Both the position numbers and the translations under genes were made by a program. Shown piece after piece: positions 1-9,772 of a stretch of DNA of 34,860 nucleotides. The DNA is from Nitrospirota bacterium (GTDB lineage: Bacteria; Nitrospirota; Thermodesulfovibrionia; Thermodesulfovibrionales; Magnetobacteriaceae), in NCBI GenBank assembly GCA_015233265.1, contig JADFXZ010000001.1:5195-40054 (forward strand), in the 5' to 3' direction. Every line of letters begins with the position of its first letter. The stretch's first letter is position 1. The notes beneath the pieces were generated by a model. That model was not told the origin of the DNA. It did no database searches and saw nothing but the letters and a program-made list of their open reading frames with translations.

Positions 1-1254
1 CTTCGCACACGCTGGATGGGAGAAAAAGAGATACTCTCCTCAATCAGAAAGATAAAGGAGGAGACGCAGCTGATTAAAACAGAGGCGGAAAATTCAGAGC
101 GCGAGGGCGATCTTGCCCGTGCCGCGGAGCTGAAATATGGCCGCTTAATAGAGCTTGCAAAGGCGATGGAGGATCAAACCCGCCGCCTTGACTCATGGCA
201 CAATAACAGCAAAATGCTTACTGATGTGGTAACCGAGGAGGATATTGCATGGGTGGTATCGAGATGGACGGGAATTCCCATGCTGAGAATGCTCGAGACG
301 GAGGTGGAAAAACTCATCCACATGGAGGACAGGCTCAGGCTCAGAGTAGTGGGGCAGCCCGATGCCGTACAAATGGTTTCTAACGCGGTACGAAGGGCAA
401 GGGCAGGCATTCAGGACCCGAACCGTCCAATAGGTTCATTCATATTCTTAGGACCTACCGGTGTGGGCAAGACTGAGCTTGCAAAGGCGCTTGCCGAGTT
501 CCTGTTCGATGACGAAAACGCACTAAGACGCATCGACATGTCCGAATATCAGGAGAAACACACGGTATCGCGTCTTATTGGCGCCCCTCCCGGGTATGTC
601 GGCTATGACGAGGGCGGGCAGCTTACGGAGGCCGTAAGGCGTCGACCCTATAGTGTCATCCTGTTTGATGAGATTGAAAAGGCTCATCCAGAGGTCTTTA
701 ACGTCTTGTTGCAACTCCTCGATGACGGCAGACTAACAGACGGCCACGGCAGGACAGTGGATTTCAGAAACACAGTCATCATAATGACATCTAACATAGG
801 AAGTGCGTATATCCAGGAACATATGCAAGGCAGAGACTTTACAGAGTCGCGCTATGACGCCGGGCGGGTTAAAGACAAGGTGATGTCCGAGCTGCGGTCA
901 ATCTTCAGGCCGGAGTTTCTTAACAGAGTGGACGAGATAATCATTTTCAATCCACTGACTAAGGAACTGATAAAACGCATTGTGGATATTCAGCTCTATA
1001 GAATGAGGCGCTATCTGAAGGACAAACGTATAGATATACTCCTGTCAGAGCGGGCAAAGGATGCAATTGCAGAGGCCGGATACGACCCTGTCTATGGGGC
1101 AAGACCTCTGAAACGGGCGCTGCAAACGGAAATACTAAATCCGCTGGCGCTAAAGATCATCGAAAAGTCGGTAAAAGAAGGCGATACGATACAAGTGGAC
1201 TTCGAATATGGTAAAATGGTATTTTCAGTAGCGTCAGTTGCAGAGTTGGCATGA
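1..1254 (+). CDS. clpB: ATP-dependent chaperone ClpB, C-terminal part (frame open at window start)
   Basis: Middle-domain AAELKYG, Walker [23 protein letters not shown] pore loop, LFDEIEKAH Walker B and GARPL sensor. The frame is open from base 1. Confidence 0.97.
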   Translation, partial: LRTRWMGEKEILSSIRKIKEETQLIKTEAENSEREGDLARAAELKYGRLIELAKAMEDQTRRLDSWHNNSKMLTDVVTEEDIAWVVSRWTGIPMLRMLETEVEKLIHMEDRLRLRVVGQPDAVQMVSNAVRRARAGIQDPNRPIGSFIFLGPTGVGKTELAKALAEFLFDDENALRRIDMSEYQEKHTVSRLIGAPPGYVGYDEGGQLTEAVRRRPYSVILFDEIEKAHPEVFNVLLQLLDDGRLTDGHGRTVDFRNTVIIMTSNIGSAYIQEHMQGRDFTESRYDAGRVKDKVMSELRSIFRPEFLNRVDEIIIFNPLTKELIKRIVDIQLYRMRRYLKDKRIDILLSERAKDAIAEAGYDPVYGARPLKRALQTEILNPLALKIIEKSVKEGDTIQVDFEYGKMVFSVASVAELA

Positions 1255-1338
1255 GATGTCCGCGAAGTATGTTGAGGCACAATTGTTATAATAATAAATA
1301 GGAGACAGCTTTAGAGGGGGCATTACAGGGATGTCAGA

Positions 1339-2133
1339 ATGGAAGATATAATGGAGATAAGGTTTTTAGGGGAGAATGTTCTCCCCAAGACTATTAGTGC
1401 AAAGGATTTAGCCGAGATCATTTCTAAAGTCGCAGAGTCTTTGACCGCAATAATAAGTAAGGATAATGCAGGTATCAATCTTGAGGACATTGTTATTGGC
1501 TTGGTTAACATTGAAAGGGGAAGCACAATCCTCACGTTTGACTCTTCCAGAGAAGACCTTGCTTTAAATGCCTTCATTGAACTATCAGATGCAATTGCAA
1601 CAGGTGATTACTTTAAAATTCCATCAAATTCTGTTGAAGGAGTGAAATTTATATATAATTTTACAAAGAAAAGAGATTGTGTGGCCGAGTTCAGAACACA
1701 ATCTGACAGCGAAAAACCATTAGCCTTAATTTCCCCGCAAACTGAGATAATATTTCCAACTGTTTCTCTGCCTGTATGTCATCCTGTTGGTCATCTATCA
1801 GGAAAAACCGTAATCTATGGCAAAATAATGCGTGTAGGCGGTAAATCTCCAAAAATCGGGATAGAACTTATCGATAATAGAACGATTTATTGTGATGTGA
1901 GCGAATCAATGGCAAAAATAATAGCCTGCAGGCTTTATTACTGGGTAGGATTATCTGGAACAGCTAAGTGGAATGCCGATGATTATTCGATTCAATCTTT
2001 TACTATCGAAGAAATTATAGAGTATGCCGATACACCAATTAATGAAAGCATCTCTAAACTTTCGTCAGTCGCTGAAAAATATTTTCAGAATGACATAGAT
2101 GTCGATAAAATTATTTCAGAGATGCGCCACTGA
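1339..2133 (+). CDS. Hypothetical protein, partner of downstream PIN protein (antitoxin/defence-like)
   Basis: 264-aa ORF, visibly AT-rich relative to clpB, ending 2 nt before the PIN gene. No family recognised. Confidence 0.7.
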   Translation: MEDIMEIRFLGENVLPKTISAKDLAEIISKVAESLTAIISKDNAGINLEDIVIGLVNIERGSTILTFDSSREDLALNAFIELSDAIATGDYFKIPSNSVEGVKFIYNFTKKRDCVAEFRTQSDSEKPLALISPQTEIIFPTVSLPVCHPVGHLSGKTVIYGKIMRVGGKSPKIGIELIDNRTIYCDVSESMAKIIACRLYYWVGLSGTAKWNADDYSIQSFTIEEIIEYADTPINESISKLSSVAEKYFQNDIDVDKIISEMRH

Positions 2134-2135
2134 CG

Positions 2136-2609
2136 ATGAGATATGTTTGCTTAGATACCCATATACTTATATGGGCAATGAATGAAAACCCAACAGAGGC
2201 TCAGAATATAATGGTTTCTAAGGCTAAGCGATTTATAGAATGGCTTGCTGATGATAAGGATATAAGAATTCTGCTTCCAGTAAATGTAGTAGCAGAGTTT
2301 CTTTGTTTCATTCCTTATGAGCAACATAATAAGATAATGTCGGTATTCAATGAATCTTTTATCATTGCTCCATTTGATGTGGCAGCGGCAAGCTGCCTTG
2401 CAAAGATATATCATCAGAAAAAAAATGATGGGACGATTGAGCAAATGAGGCAGGATGGAGTTCAAAGGAAAGCGATAACTTTCGATTGTCAGATTGTATC
2501 CATTGCTCTTACGCATAATGCAACAGTTATTTATAGCCATGACAAAGATCTATCAAAATATTTTCGTGATTATATACAAGTCGAAGAAATGCCAGAAATG
2601 CCAAGATAA
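2136..2609 (+). CDS. PIN-domain (VapC-like) ribonuclease
   Basis: N-terminal CLDTHILI, VVAEFL, FDCQIVSIA and IYSHDKDL supply the conserved acidic residues of the PIN fold. Confidence 0.88.
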   Translation: MRYVCLDTHILIWAMNENPTEAQNIMVSKAKRFIEWLADDKDIRILLPVNVVAEFLCFIPYEQHNKIMSVFNESFIIAPFDVAAASCLAKIYHQKKNDGTIEQMRQDGVQRKAITFDCQIVSIALTHNATVIYSHDKDLSKYFRDYIQVEEMPEMPR

Positions 2610-2633
2610 GAATTATTATTATAGTCGGGGAGT

Positions 2634-3287
2634 GTGAGACTAATGGCAGGCGAGACAATAGGGCAGTCATCTGATAAGCTGCCTGATATTTATTTTAGAA
2701 TATCGCAAGACGCTCAGGTGATGTTTATATCTGATTGCATAGAGAAGCTAACAGGCTGGCGCCTCGAAGAGATAAAGTCATCCGGGGCGTTGTGGGACTT
2801 ATTTGTTCTTGAGGGACAAACATCGCAGCTCATGCAGACAAATATAATACATCAACTCAATGAAAAAGGAAGCCTAAAGATTGATGGAATGATGCTGAAA
2901 ACCCGCGGCGGCAGTCCGCTGCCAGTGTCTTTACAAGCATATTTGTTTAAGGAACAGGACTCATTAACAACTATCCAGGGCACTGTGACCATCTCTTCAG
3001 GGTCTGATACGCCGCACCAGAGCCTCCATCAACTCACAAAAGCCCGACAATCGGCGGCAGCCATAGCCCACGAGATAAATAACCAGCTGACAAACGCCTC
3101 TTTATCTATCCAACTCGTAATGCAAAAAATAGATAAATCCACAACGCCTGAGGCCGTCACTAAAAAACTCGACACCTTGCACAGAAACATAGACAAGGCC
3201 GCCATGCTGTCAAAGGATCTTATGGCCTTGATAGCAACTCATGTCACCGACCTGAGCATCAATCGTCGGGACAGATATATTGGATGA
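2634..3287 (+). CDS. PAS + HisKA protein lacking the HATPase domain
   Basis: PAS-like FISDCIEKLTGW and H-box IAHEINNQL. The ORF ends after the DHp helices with no N/G boxes. Confidence 0.75.
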   Translation: MRLMAGETIGQSSDKLPDIYFRISQDAQVMFISDCIEKLTGWRLEEIKSSGALWDLFVLEGQTSQLMQTNIIHQLNEKGSLKIDGMMLKTRGGSPLPVSLQAYLFKEQDSLTTIQGTVTISSGSDTPHQSLHQLTKARQSAAAIAHEINNQLTNASLSIQLVMQKIDKSTTPEAVTKKLDTLHRNIDKAAMLSKDLMALIATHVTDLSINRRDRYIG

Positions 3288-3339
3288 GGGCATACCGTAG
3301 ACATTTAACCAGTTTTTTACTATAGAGGAGGGCGGCACA

Positions 3340-3987
3340 ATGAAAAAAATCCTAATTGCCGACGACAACACCGAACTAAGAGAGAACATTGCCGAGTTTA
3401 TGGCTGAGGCGGGATATTATACCGAATTTGCGTCAAATGGAAAAGAGGCCGCCGCAAAGGCCGCGGATACCGATTTCGACGTAGTGCTTTTGGATATGCT
3501 TATGCCGGTGATGAGGGGGGCTGAGGCACTTACAGAAATAAAGAAGACACGACCGGCGGCCAAGGTTATCGTAATGACGGCGTTTTCAAGCATAGAGAAT
3601 GCCGTTGAGATAATAAAAAAAGGGGCATCCGATTATATTGTGAAACCATTTAGAATTGAACAGCTCCTTACCATAGTGCGCCGCGAGATTGAGGAGTCGG
3701 GCTTTGAGCGGGACATTATAAATATCGACCTCGACCGCGTGTTCAACTGTTTATCCAATCCCATAAGGCGCAATATCATTAAATTCCTCCACCGTAGCAA
3801 AGAAATGCGTTTTATGGAGCTAAACAGGGAACTCAAAATGGATGACCACACCAAGCTCGTCTTTCACTTAAAGATTCTCAGAGAGGCAGGGATCTCGACT
3901 CAGGATAAAAATAAGAACTATATGCTGACCCATGAAGGCTTGAGGGTATTTCAGTGCCTGTCGATTATCGAGAACTATCTTGCGTGA
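3340..3987 (+). CDS. Response regulator, REC + ArsR-like winged helix
   Basis: ILIADDN, LLDMLMP, MTA and VKPF receiver motifs; C-terminal LSNPIRRNII...FHLKILREAG wHTH; SD GAGGAG. Confidence 0.9.
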   Translation: MKKILIADDNTELRENIAEFMAEAGYYTEFASNGKEAAAKAADTDFDVVLLDMLMPVMRGAEALTEIKKTRPAAKVIVMTAFSSIENAVEIIKKGASDYIVKPFRIEQLLTIVRREIEESGFERDIINIDLDRVFNCLSNPIRRNIIKFLHRSKEMRFMELNRELKMDDHTKLVFHLKILREAGISTQDKNKNYMLTHEGLRVFQCLSIIENYLA

Positions 3988-4059
3988 ATATTAATTCACA
4001 TATATCACTTTTTGTAGAATAAGATTTATCTTGTATTGGGATAATTCTATAATATATAT

Positions 4060-4299
4060 TAAAAGCAGGGACATGGTTAAGGAGAGAGATTATAAAGAGA
4101 GAGTGAACTCAAGAAAGGGGGCAGTTTATTTTCTTCCTTCCCTAAAAAAGCGCCTATGTACATTTGTATGGCGGGTTGCCTTAGAAACTTCCTCCCCTGT
4201 TTCGTTAAGGGTGAGCCGCTACCCGTAAACTGCCCTCTCCCCCCCCTATAAAAATGAAAAGGTCTGTCTTATCTTCAGGGGGTAAGACAGGCTTTTTTT
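4060..4299 (+). ncRNA. Candidate structured small RNA (family unknown; 5' end approximate)
   Basis: TATAAT at 4048-4053 upstream; stem 4116-4129/4225-4238; inner hairpin 4171-4219 with loop TTCCTCCCCT; ends in an intrinsic terminator. Confidence 0.45.
4261..4299 (+). terminator. Intrinsic terminator
   Basis: GTCTGTCTTATC/GGTAAGACAGGC stem followed by T7. The G-U pairs form only on the + strand. Confidence 0.85.
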
Positions 4300-4326
4300 A
4301 TTTATGAGGAAGAGGTATTTTAATGC

Positions 4327-4355
4327 TTGACAAAAACTGAACGTGTGTATACAAT
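4327..4355 (+). promoter_or_regulatory. Sigma70 promoter of lexA with an overlapping candidate SOS box
   Basis: TTGACA-17 nt-TACAAT. GAAC-N4-GTAT at 4339-4350 lies in the spacer. Confidence 0.8.
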
Positions 4356-4361
4356 AGGATT

Positions 4362-4991
4362 ATGAGAAAAACTGATAAGCAGACAAAACTGACTGAAAAG
4401 CAGGCAAGGGTGCTGAAGTTCATAAAAGACCACTTGACGCTAAAGGGCTATCCACCCACAATAAGGGAGATTTGCAAGGGGTTTGGTTACTCAAGCCCAC
4501 TGTCGGCAAAGCAGCACGTAGACACGCTGATTCGCAAGGGCTATCTGAAAAAGGATGACGCTAAGCAGCGCGCCCTGGAAGTCACGGGTATGAGACCGCA
4601 AAATGTGGTAAGATTGCCTCTTGCCGGGCGAGTCAGGGCTGGTGTGCCGAGCTTTGCCGTAGAGGACATCGAGGACTACATTACGCTTGACAAGGGGATT
4701 CTAAATATCGAAAATGGATTTGCCCTTCGCATAGCCGGGCTCAGTATGATAGAGGCGGGCATCGACGACGGCGACATAGTCTTTGTAGACTCGGACAGGC
4801 CCGTAAGAAACGGCGACATAGCGATTGTCATGGTGGGGGATGACGAGGCGACAATTAAGAGGTTTTATCGTGAAGGTGATCAGGTCAGCCTTGTGCCGCA
4901 GAACAAGGCAATGCAGCCCCTCAAAGTCAATGTCTTGGAAGTGCGCGTGCTGGGGTGTGTAATGGGCATGGTGAGGAGATTTTCCGAATAG
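4362..4991 (+). CDS. lexA: SOS repressor LexA
   Basis: LTEKQ...GYPPTIREI wHTH, Ala-Gly cleavage site (VRAG), catalytic Ser (GLSM) and Lys (TIKR). Confidence 0.97.
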   Translation: MRKTDKQTKLTEKQARVLKFIKDHLTLKGYPPTIREICKGFGYSSPLSAKQHVDTLIRKGYLKKDDAKQRALEVTGMRPQNVVRLPLAGRVRAGVPSFAVEDIEDYITLDKGILNIENGFALRIAGLSMIEAGIDDGDIVFVDSDRPVRNGDIAIVMVGDDEATIKRFYREGDQVSLVPQNKAMQPLKVNVLEVRVLGCVMGMVRRFSE

Positions 4992-5178
4992 TTGTCCGGA
5001 TATGAGCCTGTTTTTAGCCCAGGCGCGCTCAGAGTGACTTTGACGCAACAGGTGCGGCAAGCGTGGGCAGATATGAACTCAGGGCGTCTGCGTATTGCCC
5101 TCATATTGTGTGATCAATTGCGGTTGCCCTGTTTACCGGATGACATAACCGCATCCAATAATATATAATTATCTTCGC

Positions 5179-5934
5179 GTGATTATCGAAAGGACAATAG
5201 TACGGGTAGCAGGGCAAGAGAAAACCACCGTGCCTGACCCGATAGCCGTAGAGAAGAAACTGCGCCTTACGGTCAACTCACATGAAGTCCTGTCGCTTTA
5301 CTGCTCACCGGTGATGATTAAGGAACTTGTCGTGGGATTTGTGATGGGCGAAGGGATAATTAAGGGTTCATGGTGCACTGAAAACATGTCCATAAGCATG
5401 GGGGGGCAGGATATAGTTGTCAATATAAACGCCACAGGTGAGGTCTCTCTGGCGGGCAAGGCTATCACGTCGGGCTGCATCGGGGGGATTACCATACCTA
5501 AGGAAATTGCCGCCAACTCGGTCACCTCTTCGGTTAAAATATCGCCTGAGTCACTTAGACGCGTCTTCGGAGAGTTTCAAAGGCGCTGCCTGTCCTACCA
5601 GAACACGGGCTGCATTCACAGCGCCGCCATATCAGACGGGGATTGCATTGTAGGCTTTGCAGAGGACATCGGCAGGCACAATGCTGTGGATAAGGTAATC
5701 GGGGCGTCTATTTTAGAGGATTTCAATCTATCCAACTCCATAATGCTCTTAAGCGGCAGACTCTCGTCTGAGATAGCGTCAAAATGCGCGCGCTGGTCAA
5801 TACCAATTGTTGCTAGCCGGACAGCCCCAACATCGCTCTCAGTGGAAATCGCAGAATGGGCCGGTGTCACGATGGTGGGCTTTTTGCGCGGGTCAAGGTT
5901 CAATATATATACACATCCAAAGAGAATATCTTAA
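5179..5934 (+). CDS. fdhD: Formate dehydrogenase accessory sulfurtransferase FdhD
   Basis: TSGC, TGCIHSAA, EDIGRHNAVDKVIG, SGRLSSE, APTSL and NIYTHP motifs. Confidence 0.95.
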   Translation: MIIERTIVRVAGQEKTTVPDPIAVEKKLRLTVNSHEVLSLYCSPVMIKELVVGFVMGEGIIKGSWCTENMSISMGGQDIVVNINATGEVSLAGKAITSGCIGGITIPKEIAANSVTSSVKISPESLRRVFGEFQRRCLSYQNTGCIHSAAISDGDCIVGFAEDIGRHNAVDKVIGASILEDFNLSNSIMLLSGRLSSEIASKCARWSIPIVASRTAPTSLSVEIAEWAGVTMVGFLRGSRFNIYTHPKRIS

Positions 5935-5989
5935 AAGCCGCCGATCAAAGATTTAATATATTAAGGATTTAATAAATTAAGGAGAAAAG

Positions 5990-8395
5990 ATGATTCAAAC
6001 TCGTTGTTTGCCCATCAGAGCAATATGTTTATTAGTAATATTGGCACTATCTTCAGGCTTACTGACAGCCGTACCAGTGTGCAGGGCACAGACGCCTGCC
6101 ACATCGGATATGCCGCGGCAGGAGCAGCTCGAAAATATTAGAGTGATAGTTGACAAGGCAATTCAGGATGGGAAAATCCCTGGTGCCGTGGTAATAATCG
6201 GAAACCAGGACGGTGCTGTATACAGGAAGGCATTCGGTTATCGCGCGCTCGTGCCTGAGAAAGAGCTGATGACCGTGGATACTATTTTTGATATATCTTC
6301 GCTGACAAAGGTTGTGGCCACTGCCCCGGCAGTACTTCAGCTGGTAGAACAGGGCAAGCTGCGTCTTGAGGACCCTGTTGCGCGCTACTGGCCTGAGTTT
6401 AAGGCAAATGGAAAAGACTCAATCACCGTTCGTCAGCTCCTGACGCATTATTCGGGGCTTAGGGCTGACCTCGATAATTATCCGCCGTGGCACGGCTATA
6501 GGACAGCCCTTGATATGATTGTCAAGGAAAAGCCAGGAAGCATACCCGGTACGTCCTTCCTCTACAGCGATATTAATTATGTTATTCTTGGTGAGCTCGT
6601 CCGCAGACTCTCAGGCTTGCCGCTTGATGACTACTGCACTGAGCATATATTCAGGCCATTGGGGATGAAAGACACCGCCTTCAGGCTGTCGGCTTTGGTG
6701 CATGAGCGAATTGCGCCGACACAGTTTAGAAATGGAAAACTGATGCAGGGGGAAGTCCACGACCCTATGGCGTATAAGATGGGCGGGGTAGCCGGTCATG
6801 CAGGGCTATTTTCAACCGCCGATGACCTGTCTATTTATGCCCAGACAATGATCAATATGGGGGTGCATAACAATGCCCGTATCCTGAGTTCACTTATGGT
6901 TAGAAAGATGACAAGCAATCAGTCTCCGGTTGACAAGACGGTGCAGCGCGGGCTGGGCTGGGACATTGACTCTCCCTACTCCTCAAACCGCGGTGCGCTG
7001 TTTCCCATCGGTTCATATGGACACAAGGGGTTTACAGGGACATCTATATGGATTGACCCAATCTCTAAGACCTATGTCATAGTCCTGACTAACCATGTGC
7101 ACCCGGATGGAAAGGGGGATTCCCTGTCTCTGAGGTCTGAGATTTCTACAATTGCCGCCGCAGCCCTGTCACCTGCCAAGGCCGAGAGTGTCTTAAATAG
7201 CGGCAATTCCATAACCGGCTACTATGAGTTGTTAAACAGCTACCACTCAAAGGGTGTGCACAGTGTAGGCGTCAAAACGGGAATTGATGTACTGAAGGAA
7301 GAGAAATTTGCCACCCTTGCCGGATTACGAATTGGTCTTATCACCAACCAGACAGGGGTAGACTCAAAGGGCAACCGCACAGTAGATGTGCTTTTTAACG
7401 CGCCAGGTGTAAAACTCAAGGCTATATTCAGCCCTGAGCACGGGTTTTTTGGCGATGTCGATGAGGTAATAAAAAAAGACTCAATCACAGATTCCAAAAC
7501 CGGGCTGCCCGTTTACAACCTCTACGGAAAGACCTACAGGCCGACGCCTGAGATGCTCGAAGGGCTTGACGCCCTGGTGTTCGATATACAGGATGTCGGT
7601 GTGCGCTTCTACACATACATAACGACAATGGGATACGCTATGGAGGCCGCCGCAAAAAAAGGGATAGCATTTTATGTCCTCGATAGACCCAATCCCATTA
7701 CGGCGGCAACTGTTGCCGGCCCAATACGGGAAAAGGGTTTAAGGTCATTTACCAATTACTTCCCTATGCCTGTCAGGTACGGAATGACAATTGGCGAACT
7801 GGCGGGGATGTTTAACGTGGAGTATAAAATAGAGGCTAATTTAAAGGTTATCAAGATGCAGGGCTACGGGCGGGCAGACTGGTACGACGAGACCGGTCTG
7901 ATGTGGATAAACCCATCGCCCAATATCAGAAGTGTGCAAGAGGCTTCCCTCTATCCGGCCTTAGGTATCATCGAAAGCGCCAATATCAGTGTCGGCAGAG
8001 GCACTGACATGCCGTTTGAAGTGGTTGGGGCACCGTGGATAGATGCCAAAAGACTCTCATCATATATGAATAATCGAAATCTCGCAGGGGTGCGATTCAT
8101 GCCCGTAGAGTTTAAGCCCTCAAGCGATAACTATGCGGGGAAGCAGTGCTATGGGCTACAGATTCTCATAACGAACCGCGATATGCTTAACTCTCCGGCA
8201 CTGGGAATTGAGCTGGCCTCTGCCCTTTATAAGCTCCATCCCGTGGAGTTTGGTGTGGACAAGACAGTAGGGCTTATCAGCGACGATGTGTTGATGTCGA
8301 TAAAGAAAGGCATCGATCCCAATCAAATAAAAAAGGATCTGCAGGAGTCGCTGCGACGTTTTATGGATATACGTGCGAATTACCTGATCTATTAA
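5990..8395 (+). CDS. Exported beta-lactamase-family serine hydrolase fused to DUF1343 (NamZ-like exo-beta-N-acetylmuramidase)
   Basis: Signal peptide; SLTK, LLTHYSG, YSD and GHKGFTG in the N-terminal half; ITNQTG, SPEHG, DIQDVGVRFYTY, DRPNP, PSPN and SVGRGT in the C-terminal half. Confidence 0.9.
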   Translation: MIQTRCLPIRAICLLVILALSSGLLTAVPVCRAQTPATSDMPRQEQLENIRVIVDKAIQDGKIPGAVVIIGNQDGAVYRKAFGYRALVPEKELMTVDTIFDISSLTKVVATAPAVLQLVEQGKLRLEDPVARYWPEFKANGKDSITVRQLLTHYSGLRADLDNYPPWHGYRTALDMIVKEKPGSIPGTSFLYSDINYVILGELVRRLSGLPLDDYCTEHIFRPLGMKDTAFRLSALVHERIAPTQFRNGKLMQGEVHDPMAYKMGGVAGHAGLFSTADDLSIYAQTMINMGVHNNARILSSLMVRKMTSNQSPVDKTVQRGLGWDIDSPYSSNRGALFPIGSYGHKGFTGTSIWIDPISKTYVIVLTNHVHPDGKGDSLSLRSEISTIAAAALSPAKAESVLNSGNSITGYYELLNSYHSKGVHSVGVKTGIDVLKEEKFATLAGLRIGLITNQTGVDSKGNRTVDVLFNAPGVKLKAIFSPEHGFFGDVDEVIKKDSITDSKTGLPVYNLYGKTYRPTPEMLEGLDALVFDIQDVGVRFYTYITTMGYAMEAAAKKGIAFYVLDRPNPITAATVAGPIREKGLRSFTNYFPMPVRYGMTIGELAGMFNVEYKIEANLKVIKMQGYGRADWYDETGLMWINPSPNIRSVQEASLYPALGIIESANISVGRGTDMPFEVVGAPWIDAKRLSSYMNNRNLAGVRFMPVEFKPSSDNYAGKQCYGLQILITNRDMLNSPALGIELASALYKLHPVEFGVDKTVGLISDDVLMSIKKGIDPNQIKKDLQESLRRFMDIRANYLIY

Positions 8396-8500
8396 CACAG
8401 TGTATAATTATTTTCAAAATGATGACATTTATGGTGTAATATATGTTATCATACGGCAAGTCCCGTTGCGGTTTGGTCTCAACGAGCAAGATGGGACGTA

Positions 8501-9772
8501 ATGTATGAAAGACTGAGGGCGATGAGAAAAAGAATCCCGACAACCTCGATACGCTTAGGAATGTTCATAGACGGGTTTGACGCGTCATGGTTTCAGACGC
8601 CGTTTCTGCGGCATCATTTTGAGATAAAGTCACAGAGCCAGCTGGATAAAATCCTTGAATCTGGCATTGACTACGTATATATCGATACCGAAAAGGGATT
8701 AGATGTCTTATCTAACGACAAGCTAGACGCGCCCCCTGCTAAAGTGGAAATTAACCCGGAATTGCCTAAAAAGCATACCCAAAAGGGCGGTGTACCAGTC
8801 GATAAGGCATTTACTGATTATATCAGGGCAATAGACGACCTCATCCAAATAGATAAACTAAGCCTGATAGAGGCAACGGAGATTAGTTTCGACCTTTATG
8901 TCAAAACAGACATGGACATCGTCCCAATGTCACATAAGCGCAACAGCAAGGGTGGGTTTATAATCACAAAAGAACTGATGGCAACCCCCGGTGAGCTGAT
9001 GATAAATCGCGCTGATATGCAAAATTACAGGGATTATCTGTCAATGCTGGCAAAATCTCATGCCTCCTCCAATTCTCAGATCAGTAAAAATATGATGATA
9101 AAAGAAAACGCCAAGCTGCTCGTCCATGACCTGTTCAACGACCCTGGAAGCCCTAAGAAGATGGAGGCGTGTAAGGAAACGGTAGAACATGTGATCTCAT
9201 CGATAATGGACACAAAGGGATTGATAACAAATCTATTTACTGTGAACAAGTACGACTACTATATCTATACCCACTCTGTGAACGTTTCCGTGTTTTGCGT
9301 GGCCACTGCCATCGCAATGGGAATACACTCAGAGGCAGAGCTCTTTGCAATAGGAATGGGTAGTCTTTTGCATGATATTGGGATGAGTACAATACCTCCT
9401 GAGGTGCTGCACAAGCCGATGCAACGCCTTTCGGAGTTTGAGATGGGGCTGCTGAGAGGACATGTCTTAGAGGGGTTTGATATAGTCAAACTATACAAGG
9501 GAATCACGCCTGATACGATACTGCCGCTGGTGCAACACCATGAGAATCTCATGGGAACTGGCTACCCGGCCGGTCTGACGGGGGATAAACTTCATCTCTC
9601 CGGCAAGATTATCTCTATAACCAATACCTATGACACACTGACGACATCACGTCCAGGCTTTAAGGCAATATCTGCCTATGAGGCACTTGCGTATTTACGC
9701 GACCAAAAGAATTTATTCGACGCCGATATATTAAAGGAATTTATAACTGTGCTTGGCAAATCAAGTCTATAG
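8501..9772 (+). CDS. HD-GYP c-di-GMP phosphodiesterase-family protein with N-terminal DUF3391-like domain (start may be 8522)
   Basis: GMFI...W..TPF...YVYIDTEKG N-terminus; YTHSVNV, LLHDIG and HHENLMGTGYP. Confidence 0.9.
   Translation: MYERLRAMRKRIPTTSIRLGMFIDGFDASWFQTPFLRHHFEIKSQSQLDKILESGIDYVYIDTEKGLDVLSNDKLDAPPAKVEINPELPKKHTQKGGVPVDKAFTDYIRAIDDLIQIDKLSLIEATEISFDLYVKTDMDIVPMSHKRNSKGGFIITKELMATPGELMINRADMQNYRDYLSMLAKSHASSNSQISKNMMIKENAKLLVHDLFNDPGSPKKMEACKETVEHVISSIMDTKGLITNLFTVNKYDYYIYTHSVNVSVFCVATAIAMGIHSEAELFAIGMGSLLHDIGMSTIPPEVLHKPMQRLSEFEMGLLRGHVLEGFDIVKLYKGITPDTILPLVQHHENLMGTGYPAGLTGDKLHLSGKIISITNTYDTLTTSRPGFKAISAYEALAYLRDQKNLFDADILKEFITVLGKSSL

Noticed and set aside
4031-4228. 65-aa ORF in the intergenic region before lexA
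   Set aside because: Its TTG start lies in the promoter-like region, the product is not protein-like, and RNA structure explains the sequence better. A short peptide is not fully excluded.
4116-4238. 6S RNA or CsrB-like identity for the structured RNA
   Set aside because: The internal loop is too asymmetric for 6S. GGA loops would be on the minus strand, but G-U pairs and the terminator point to the plus strand.
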